Below, one piece after another: positions 9,684 to 17,181 of a stretch of DNA of 64,000 nt. The notes beneath the pieces were generated by a model that was not told the DNA's origin, ran no database searches, and saw only the letters and a list, made by a program, of their open reading frames with translations. How positions within the stretch are numbered: position 1 is the stretch's first letter; each line of letters opens with the position of its first letter. Source of the DNA: Lachnospiraceae bacterium (GTDB taxonomy: Bacteria > Bacillota > Clostridia > Lachnospirales > Lachnospiraceae); NCBI GenBank assembly GCA_045601665.1, contig JAZRZZ010000010.1:100370-164369 (forward strand), in the 5' to 3' direction. Made by a program: the position numbers and the translations under genes.

Positions 9684-12600
9684 ATGAAGCTATTTCAGGT
9701 ATTTGATCAATTAAGTCTTGACGGATATTTGGAAAGTGAGTTTGGAGCTTGTGATGTCGAGCGGATTACCAGTTCCAAATCGCAGCCGTTGATTTGTATT
9801 TATTTGCGTGCACAACGACCGATTCGCCCTGCCCTTGTACGACTGCTTGAGACGGAGCTAAAGCGTCAGTATTTTTTCGATACCGATAAGCGTGTTTACA
9901 TAGCAATGCGGTATTCGGTAGAAGATTCGAAGACCCCGACGGAGCTTTGGTCACAATTTTCGTCGATGCTTTCGGAGGAGTTGATGCTTGGAAACCACTT
10001 GGATGCGAATATCGTTTCCGAAGCAAAGGCATCGGAGGAGGCAAATGCTTTGGTGCTCACGATCGAGGACAACGGGCTTACGCGTACACGTTGCAAGGGG
10101 TTGGCGACACGCTTGTCGGAGATGTTGAGTGAGTGGACGGGGCGTGAGTGTCCGGTGCGTTTTGCATTGGAGGAGATTGAGCATAAGACACCGGCAGAGG
10201 AAGAACGAATCTACAGCGTAGAAGAGATTCTTGCAAGGGCTCATCGCAGAGCATCGACGGAGGTATCCAAGGAGTCGGTGAAACCGCGTGACTTACAGAA
10301 GCCAAAGCCGAAGGAGCCGACACCGCCACCGAAGAAAGAAGGTGGGGAGCAGAAGTATCGCAGACCTGCAGCACCGGCCGATCCCGATATCTTTTTCGGC
10401 AAACCGTTTGATACGAGCAACCTGACGCCGATTTGTGAGATTCAGGACGAAATCGGTGATGTGGTGATTCGCGGGAAGATCATTAAGTACGAGGATCGCG
10501 AATTGAAGAATGGTAAGCTGTTGTGTAATATAGCAGTTACGGACTTCACCGACACGATTAGTGTAAAACTGTTTGTTACAAAGGAGCAGCTTACGGAGGT
10601 AAAGAGCAATATCTCCGAGGGTGCATTTGTTCTGCTCAAGGGAACTGCTATGTTCGATAAGTTTGATCATGAGGTTGGTATCGGTTCGGTATACGGAGTG
10701 AAGAAGATTACGGACTTTACATACAAACGTAAGGATACTTCCTCCGAGAAGCGTGTGGAGCTTCATTGCCACACGCAGATGAGCGATATGGATGCGGTGG
10801 TTGATACGAAGACACTGGTCAACACTGCATTTGCATGGGGACACCCGGGGATTGCGATTACGGATCACGGAGTTGTACAGTCCTTTGTCGATGCGTCACA
10901 TGCGATTGATCCGAAGAAGTTCGGAGACGATGCGGAGAAACTCGAGCGGTATAAAAACTTTAAGATTATTTATGGTATGGAAGGATATATCGTAGATGAT
11001 GAGGTGGCACGCAAGGACGATGGGACACCGTACGATCTTGAAGCAGACAAGGATGAGATTAAGAAATTAAAGAGTCATCACATCATTCTTCTATGTAAGA
11101 ACGATGTGGGGCGCATCAATCTTTATCGGTTAGCATCGGTGTCACATATTGATTATTTTCATAGGACGCCTCGCATTCCGAAGAGTTTGTTGCGGCGTTA
11201 TCGCGAAGGGTTGATTATCGGTTCCGCGTGTGAGGCAGGCGAGCTGTTTCAAGCCATTGCCACAGAGCAGTCCGAGGAAGAGATTCGAAGAATTGGGGAT
11301 TTCTACGATTATTACGAGGTACAGCCGATCGGGAATAATGCCTTTATGAAGGAAAGCGAGCATTTTCCGAATGTAACAAGCGACAATGATTTGATTGAGC
11401 TAAATAAAAAAATTATTCGTCTTGCGGAGGAGCACGGCAAGTTGTGTATTGCGACCGGTGATGTGCACTTTTTAAATCCGGAGGATGAAATTTACCGTCG
11501 CATTATTATGGCGGGCAAGGGATTCGCGGATGCGGATCGGCAACCACCGCTTTATTTCCGCACGACGGAGGAGATGCTCGATGAGTTTCGCTATGTACCG
11601 CGTGAAAAGGCGATGGAGCTTGTGGTGACGAATCCGCAGAAAATATGTGACATGGTGGATCGGATTCAGCCGGTACGTCCGGACAAATGTCCTCCGGTCA
11701 TTGAGGACTCTGACAAGGAGCTTCGTGATTTGTGTTATCAAACGGCACATGGCATGTACGGGGAACAGCTTCCCGTGCAGGTGGAGCAACGTCTTGAAAA
11801 GGAACTGAACTCTATCATTAGTAACGGCTTTGCGGTTATGTATATCATCGCTCAGCGCCTTGTGAAGCATTCGAATGAGGACGGTTATCTGGTGGGATCC
11901 CGAGGTTCGGTCGGTTCGTCGTTTGTCGCGACGATGTCCGGAATTACGGAAGTCAATCCTCTGCCGGCACATTATTATTGCATGCATTGTCATTTCTATG
12001 ATTTTGATTCGAAAGAGGTGCAGGCATATTCGCAGATGTCCGGGTATGACATGCCTGATCGTATCTGTCCGGTATGTGGCAAACCATTGAAAAAGGACGG
12101 TCAGAACATCCCGTTCGAGACGTTCCTTGGATTCTACGGTGACAAGGAGCCGGATATCGATTTGAATTTCTCCGGCGAATACCAAAGTAAGGCACATGCC
12201 TACACAGAGGTGCTGTTTGGAAAAGGACATACGTTCCGTGCGGGAACGATCGGAACGCTTGCGGATAAGACTGCGTATGGCTTTATTAAGAAATATTACG
12301 AAGAACGCGGCATTCACAAGCGAGCAGCAGAGATTGAACGTATTGTACAGGGGTGCGTCGGCGTACGTCGTACGACGGGGCAGCATCCCGGAGGAATCGT
12401 TGTTCTTCCGCACGGTGAGGAGATATATTCCTTTACGGCAGTGCAACGACCGGCGAATGATATGTCGACCACAACGGTCACCACTCATTTTGATTACCAT
12501 TCCATTGATCATAATCTGCTGAAGCTTGATATTCTCGGTCACGATGATCCGACGATGATTCGTATGCTTGAAGATTTGACCGGTTTGGATGCAAAGGAGA

Positions 12601-13589
12601 TTCCGATGGATGATCCGAAGGTTGTTTCGTTATTTGCTTCTACCGAAGCTCTTGGAATTCGACCGGAGGACATCGACGGGTGCGATCTCGGAAGTCTCGG
12701 CTTGCCGGAGCTTGGCACAGATTTCGTTATGCAGATGCTTCGAGATACGAAGCCGAAGAGTTTTTCGGATATGATTCGAATCTCCGGATTGTCACACGGT
12801 ACTGACGTGTGGCTGAACAATACACAAACCTTGATCGCCGAAGAAAAATGTACACTTTCGACGGCCATTTGTACGCGAGATGACATTATGGTGTATTTGA
12901 TTCATATGGGGGTTGAGAACGGCAAGGCATTCAAAATCATGGAGAGCGTGCGAAAGGGTAAGGGACTGACGGACGATATGGAAGAGGCGATGAAGGCTTG
13001 CAATGTGCCGGATTGGTACATTTGGTCATGCAAGCGCATCAAGTACATGTTCCCGAAGGCGCATGCTTGTGCTTACGTTATGATGGCGTTTCGTATTGCG
13101 TACTGTAAGGTGTATTATCCGCTTGCATATTATGCGGCATATTTTTCGATTCGTGCCAAGGCGTTCAGTTATGAGCTGATGGCCATGGGAAGAGACAAAT
13201 TGGAGCGCTATATTGCTGACTTCAAGCGTCGTAGCAATGACTTGAGCAATAAAGAGCAGGATCAGTTGAAGGATATGAAGATTGTACAGGAGATGTACGC
13301 GAGAGGCTTTGAATTTATGCCTATCGACATTTATCGTGTCAAGGCAACGCGTTTTCAGATTATCGATGATAAGATTATGCCGTCGTTAACGTCCATTGAT
13401 GGTCTCGGTGAAAATGCCGCAATGCAGATTGAAGAAGGCATGAAGGAAGGCGAGATTCTCTCGAGGGACGACTTCCGTACACGTTGCCATATCGGACAAA
13501 GTACGGTAGAGATGATGAACGATCTCGGTTTGTTTGGTGATCTTCCGGAATCCAATCAGCTGAGTTTTGAGGATATGTTTCAGTTATAA
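9684..13589 (+). CDS. polC: DNA polymerase III alpha subunit, PolC type, lacking the inserted 3'-5' exonuclease domain
   Basis: Aligns by eye with B. subtilis PolC across the OB fold, PHP motifs (HCHTQMSDMD, ITDHG, YGMEG, HHIILL, TGDVHFLNPED), Zn module (CMHC...CPVCG), palm and fingers (GSRGSVGSSFVA, PDIDLNF, KLDILGHDD) and the C-terminal HhH. No FDxETTG, NxxFD or HxAxxD exonuclease motifs are present. Confidence 0.9.
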   Translation: MKLFQVFDQLSLDGYLESEFGACDVERITSSKSQPLICIYLRAQRPIRPALVRLLETELKRQYFFDTDKRVYIAMRYSVEDSKTPTELWSQFSSMLSEELMLGNHLDANIVSEAKASEEANALVLTIEDNGLTRTRCKGLATRLSEMLSEWTGRECPVRFALEEIEHKTPAEEERIYSVEEILARAHRRASTEVSKESVKPRDLQKPKPKEPTPPPKKEGGEQKYRRPAAPADPDIFFGKPFDTSNLTPICEIQDEIGDVVIRGKIIKYEDRELKNGKLLCNIAVTDFTDTISVKLFVTKEQLTEVKSNISEGAFVLLKGTAMFDKFDHEVGIGSVYGVKKITDFTYKRKDTSSEKRVELHCHTQMSDMDAVVDTKTLVNTAFAWGHPGIAITDHGVVQSFVDASHAIDPKKFGDDAEKLERYKNFKIIYGMEGYIVDDEVARKDDGTPYDLEADKDEIKKLKSHHIILLCKNDVGRINLYRLASVSHIDYFHRTPRIPKSLLRRYREGLIIGSACEAGELFQAIATEQSEEEIRRIGDFYDYYEVQPIGNNAFMKESEHFPNVTSDNDLIELNKKIIRLAEEHGKLCIATGDVHFLNPEDEIYRRIIMAGKGFADADRQPPLYFRTTEEMLDEFRYVPREKAMELVVTNPQKICDMVDRIQPVRPDKCPPVIEDSDKELRDLCYQTAHGMYGEQLPVQVEQRLEKELNSIISNGFAVMYIIAQRLVKHSNEDGYLVGSRGSVGSSFVATMSGITEVNPLPAHYYCMHCHFYDFDSKEVQAYSQMSGYDMPDRICPVCGKPLKKDGQNIPFETFLGFYGDKEPDIDLNFSGEYQSKAHAYTEVLFGKGHTFRAGTIGTLADKTAYGFIKKYYEERGIHKRAAEIERIVQGCVGVRRTTGQHPGGIVVLPHGEEIYSFTAVQRPANDMSTTTVTTHFDYHSIDHNLLKLDILGHDDPTMIRMLEDLTGLDAKEIPMDDPKVVSLFASTEALGIRPEDIDGCDLGSLGLPELGTDFVMQMLRDTKPKSFSDMIRISGLSHGTDVWLNNTQTLIAEEKCTLSTAICTRDDIMVYLIHMGVENGKAFKIMESVRKGKGLTDDMEEAMKACNVPDWYIWSCKRIKYMFPKAHACAYVMMAFRIAYCKVYYPLAYYAAYFSIRAKAFSYELMAMGRDKLERYIADFKRRSNDLSNKEQDQLKDMKIVQEMYARGFEFMPIDIYRVKATRFQIIDDKIMPSLTSIDGLGENAAMQIEEGMKEGEILSRDDFRTRCHIGQSTVEMMNDLGLFGDLPESNQLSFEDMFQL

Positions 13590-13604
13590 GAAAGAAAAAC
13601 GAGA

Positions 13605-15656
13605 ATGCTAGGAATTGTATATCTTGTCATGTGCTTTGCCGTAGGGCTTTGCATTGTTTCGTGTATGATGCCGGACATGCGTGAAGCGAAAGCATATGAT
13701 GTTACGGGACGGTGTCGTCGGAGGAATCCGTTCTTCGTCGTCTTTCCTGCGGCCTTTGTCAGCGGAACGCTGCTGATGACTTGGGCATTGTATGCATTGG
13801 CATGGATGTTTTCCAAAGCGGCACCCAATCCGTTGTTGCATGCAAATGCAATACTTCTTGTTGCAGTACTATATGTGCTTGTCTGCCTTCGGAAGAGGCT
13901 TGGTATTCGCAAGCTTCTTCGCAGTATGCGCTTTACGCGAGGAGAGGTATACTTTATTACATTTGCTTTCGGAATTTCTTTGATCGTAATGCTTGCCAGC
14001 TTTCGAGTAGTGAGGGGAGAGGTCTGTATCGGAGCTCCGGTGACCGGTGATTTTTCGGTGCACATAAGTATGATCCGTTCTTTTTCACGAATGCAAAATG
14101 TTCCGGCAGACTATCCTTTGTTTGCGGGGAGTGATCTCAAATATCATTTTATGTTTGATTTCCTTGTAGGAAACCTTGAATTCCTCGGAATGAGAATTGA
14201 TCACGCGTTCAATGTTCCGAGCATTCTGTCAATGATGTCGATGCTGTTTGCACTTTATGCGGTGGCACTACGTATTAGTGGCAACTGCTTGGCGGCGGCC
14301 TTGGCAGGTGTGTTTGCGATGCTTCGCAGCTCACTCGGTCTGTTTACGCAACTACGAAGCGAGGAATTTTCGAGCGTGGAGCAATTTTTGGAAAATCGTA
14401 CGTATGTCGGAAGCGCACCCTTGGAATCTTGGGGAATCTACGGACTGAATACGTTTATTAATCAACGGCATTTGTGCTTTGGCTTTGCGGTGGCACTTGT
14501 TGTTATCTACATGTTTTTAGAGTTTCTTCGGGAAGGGGTGGCGAATCTGCGGCTCCTAACAGGGAAGAAGGAGAGACGTCCGGAGCATCCGCTCCGATAT
14601 TGGTGGACGCACGATGCATTTCCGGTGGACAACAAAGGAATTCGTTACGGTCTGTTTGCAAGTGCTTTGCTCGGCATGAATACGTATTTTCATGGACCGT
14701 CCACCATTAGTGCATTGCTTGTGTTGTTTGTTCTGGCGTTTGCATCGGGACATAAGATGACGTTTTTGTTTACGGCTGCGGTTACGGTAGTGCTTGCGTA
14801 TGTACAATTGGAGTTCTTTGCAGCTGGTGGAGAGACCTTTGCCGTTACTTGGCGGCCGGGATGGATTCTCGAAAATTCCGGCATAAGAGAGTACATAGAC
14901 TTCTTTGTGTGTGTGATTGGGATATTGTCGATTCTCGTTTTGTTCTATTTGGTTACAGCAAAGGTAGAGAAGAAGATTGCGGTGCTATCTATGTTTCTAC
15001 CGCTTTTATTTGCCTTTACGATACAGATGACCCCGGATATAAACCAGAACCACAAATACATTCTTTTCACATTTATGCTACTCTCCGTGTGCTCCGGAGA
15101 GCTGATTGCACGCTTGTATATCAAGGGAAAAGCACTTCTGCGTAGCGGTGTCGGTATTGTCTACCTCAGCGTTGCAGTGGCTTTTTCCGTGTTGTTGACG
15201 GCAACCGGAACGTATGACTTTCTTACGCTGTTAAATAAGTGCAAATGGGATTATGCATATCACATACCGGTGGAGGAAGATTTCGCCCATTGGGCGGAGA
15301 CGGCAGGAGTAGATAACGATACGCTGTTTTTGTGCGGTGGGAATTATCTGTCTCCGCTGACCTTCGCAGGTGTGGAGATCTATCTCGGACATTCCCTCTT
15401 CCCGTGGTCGGCCGGCTACGACGTGGCGGAGCGCCTTGAATGGGAAAAGGCAATCTATTCTGCGACGAACCGGGAGCATCTTCGGACATTGGCAAATGCA
15501 ATCGGTGTGGACTATATCGTTATCAATCGTACCGTGCGGTTACGTGGCGAAGGATATCAGGTAAACGAAGATCTTTTCGAGGAGACGTTTCCGATTTCCT
15601 ATCGGACTGATGAAGGGGAATGGATGTTTACGGTGTATCGAGTAGAGGAAGAGTGA
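13605..15656 (+). CDS. Large polytopic membrane protein of unknown function (possible GT-C / DUF2298-like fold)
   Basis: 683 aa with at least 12 predicted hydrophobic helices and a soluble C-terminal domain of about 110 aa. The loop motif PADYPLFAGSDLKYHFMFDF resembles the aromatic loop of YYY/DUF2298-type membrane proteins. The family assignment is tentative. Confidence 0.6.
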   Translation: MLGIVYLVMCFAVGLCIVSCMMPDMREAKAYDVTGRCRRRNPFFVVFPAAFVSGTLLMTWALYALAWMFSKAAPNPLLHANAILLVAVLYVLVCLRKRLGIRKLLRSMRFTRGEVYFITFAFGISLIVMLASFRVVRGEVCIGAPVTGDFSVHISMIRSFSRMQNVPADYPLFAGSDLKYHFMFDFLVGNLEFLGMRIDHAFNVPSILSMMSMLFALYAVALRISGNCLAAALAGVFAMLRSSLGLFTQLRSEEFSSVEQFLENRTYVGSAPLESWGIYGLNTFINQRHLCFGFAVALVVIYMFLEFLREGVANLRLLTGKKERRPEHPLRYWWTHDAFPVDNKGIRYGLFASALLGMNTYFHGPSTISALLVLFVLAFASGHKMTFLFTAAVTVVLAYVQLEFFAAGGETFAVTWRPGWILENSGIREYIDFFVCVIGILSILVLFYLVTAKVEKKIAVLSMFLPLLFAFTIQMTPDINQNHKYILFTFMLLSVCSGELIARLYIKGKALLRSGVGIVYLSVAVAFSVLLTATGTYDFLTLLNKCKWDYAYHIPVEEDFAHWAETAGVDNDTLFLCGGNYLSPLTFAGVEIYLGHSLFPWSAGYDVAERLEWEKAIYSATNREHLRTLANAIGVDYIVINRTVRLRGEGYQVNEDLFEETFPISYRTDEGEWMFTVYRVEEE

Positions 15657-15698
15657 GACGTCCGTAAAAACTTTTTTTCAAAAAAATAAAAAAAATGC

Positions 15699-15727
15699 TT
15701 GCATTTTCGATTTTTATGTGATAATAT
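15699..15727 (+). promoter_or_regulatory. Sigma-A type promoter of the tRNA-Glu gene
   Basis: TTGCAT, 17 nt spacer, TAATAT with an extended TG (TGATAATAT). The -10 ends about 16 nt before the tRNA 5' end. Confidence 0.65.
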
Positions 15728-15743
15728 CGTGGACGTAGCATTT

Positions 15744-15815
15744 GGCTCGTTGGTCAAGCGGTTAAGACGTCGCCCTCTCACGGCGAAAACAGGGGTTCGA
15801 TTCCCCTACGAGCTG
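15744..15815 (+). tRNA. tRNA-Glu (anticodon CUC)
   Basis: Folds by hand into a cloverleaf. Acceptor GGCTCGT/ACGAGCT (G1-U72), D arm GTC/GAC, anticodon stem TCGCC/GGCGA with loop CTCTCAC, T arm AGGGG-TTCGATT-CCCCT. Closely resembles Bacillus tRNA-Glu. No encoded CCA. Confidence 0.9.
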
Positions 15816-15819
15816 TTTC

Positions 15820-15851
15820 AAAGACCGGATTCCGCGGAATCCGGTCTTTTG
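15820..15851 (+). terminator. Rho-independent terminator after tRNA-Glu
   Basis: AAGACCGGATTC-cgcg-GAATCCGGTCTT followed by TTTG. Confidence 0.85.
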
Positions 15852-15926
15852 TATACCGGAACCTTTGTGGGAACCGATGTGATCCGTGTAACTGGAAGGC
15901 TTAGATCTGTATTATGGAGAGTTGCT

Positions 15927-17156
15927 ATGAAGAATGTATGTAAGTTGCTATTGTTGTTTGTTTTTGTACTTATGCTGGTAGGCTGTGAGAATGCGTCTGA
16001 CGATTCCAAAACCACGCCTACACCGGAGGGGGCTATATCCCCCGAGTTATCCCCGTCACCGGAAGCGACGACGCCGACCGCGACACCGACGCCGACCGGT
16101 CCGGACATTGACAGCATGACCTTAAGGGAGCGTTATGACGGAATCTTTCGAATCGGTGTTGCGCTTCCTAACTATGTAATCAAAATCCCTATGTTTATGG
16201 AAGTTGTAAAGCGTGAGTTTAACAGCTTTACCTTTGAAAATGAGATGAAGCCGGACCATTTGTTGAATGCAAATGCCTGCCAAAGCGGATATCCCGGTAC
16301 AAATACCGAACCGGTATTGAATTTCAGCGGCACAACCACGGGAATGCAGTGGGCCGTAGAAAACGATTTCGGCGTGAGAGGTCATACGCTTGTATGGCAC
16401 AGTCAGACCCCCAAATGGTTCTTTACGACGGATTATAAGCCGAACAGCCCTTTGGCGAGTCGTGAGGTTATGTTGAAGCGTATGGAGAGCTACATACGTC
16501 AGGTGTTGACGTATTATCAGGAGACATACCCCGGTGTAATCTATGCATGGGACGTGGTAAATGAGGCCATTGAGCCGGCACACGGACACGAGGGTGGTAT
16601 GAGAACCGACGATAGTTTGTGGTACCAGACCATCGGTGAGGATTTTGTATACTGGGCATTTTACTATGCATCAAAGTATGCGGATGAGGGAGTGGATCTC
16701 TATTACAACGATTACAACTGTGCGCAGAAGAGAACTGCGATCATTAAGCTTCTTGCTCCGATTTTGGAGGAAGGCTTGATTGACGGCATCGGTATGCAAT
16801 GTCACTTGAGTACGAGCAATAAGATTGCAAATGATGTATATTATACCGCGCATGCATTTGCGGATGCCGGTTTTCAGGTACAGATTACCGAGTTGGATAT
16901 GCAACAGGCCAGCGAATCGGCGAACTCCGACGACGCACAGGCGATGAAGTATAAGGTTCTTTTTGAGCGTATGGAAGGTGCAAAAAAGAACGGCAAGATT
17001 CAGATTGACAGCGTGACGGTTTGGGGCTTGTATGACCAAATTTCCTGGATAGAAGGAAGTCCGCTGTTGTTCCGTTTGGGAAACAACGGTGTGGAGAAGA
17101 AGCCCGCTTGGTATGGTGCGATGCAGGATCCGCGTATTTTGGCAATAGAGTGGTAA
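15927..17156 (+). CDS. Endo-1,4-beta-xylanase, glycoside hydrolase family 10, lipoprotein
   Basis: Signal peptide with lipobox LVGC, then a Thr/Pro-rich linker. GH10 motifs HTLVWHSQTPKWFF, WDVVNEA and ITELDM. The ATG at 15927 follows GGAGA. The longer ORF-track start overlaps the tRNA. Confidence 0.88.
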   Translation: MKNVCKLLLLFVFVLMLVGCENASDDSKTTPTPEGAISPELSPSPEATTPTATPTPTGPDIDSMTLRERYDGIFRIGVALPNYVIKIPMFMEVVKREFNSFTFENEMKPDHLLNANACQSGYPGTNTEPVLNFSGTTTGMQWAVENDFGVRGHTLVWHSQTPKWFFTTDYKPNSPLASREVMLKRMESYIRQVLTYYQETYPGVIYAWDVVNEAIEPAHGHEGGMRTDDSLWYQTIGEDFVYWAFYYASKYADEGVDLYYNDYNCAQKRTAIIKLLAPILEEGLIDGIGMQCHLSTSNKIANDVYYTAHAFADAGFQVQITELDMQQASESANSDDAQAMKYKVLFERMEGAKKNGKIQIDSVTVWGLYDQISWIEGSPLLFRLGNNGVEKKPAWYGAMQDPRILAIEW

Positions 17157-17181
17157 ATTATGATTTGGAGGCATACACAGT

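Noticed and set aside
15699-15926. N-terminal extension of the xylanase ORF given in the ORF track (start 15699)
   Set aside because: The extension would read through a promoter, a complete tRNA-Glu gene and its terminator. A lipoprotein signal peptide with an RBS starts at 15927.
17157-17181. T-box leader upstream of alaS
   Set aside because: Only 25 nt separate the xylanase stop from the alaS start, which is too short for a T-box riboswitch. alaS appears to be transcribed from upstream.
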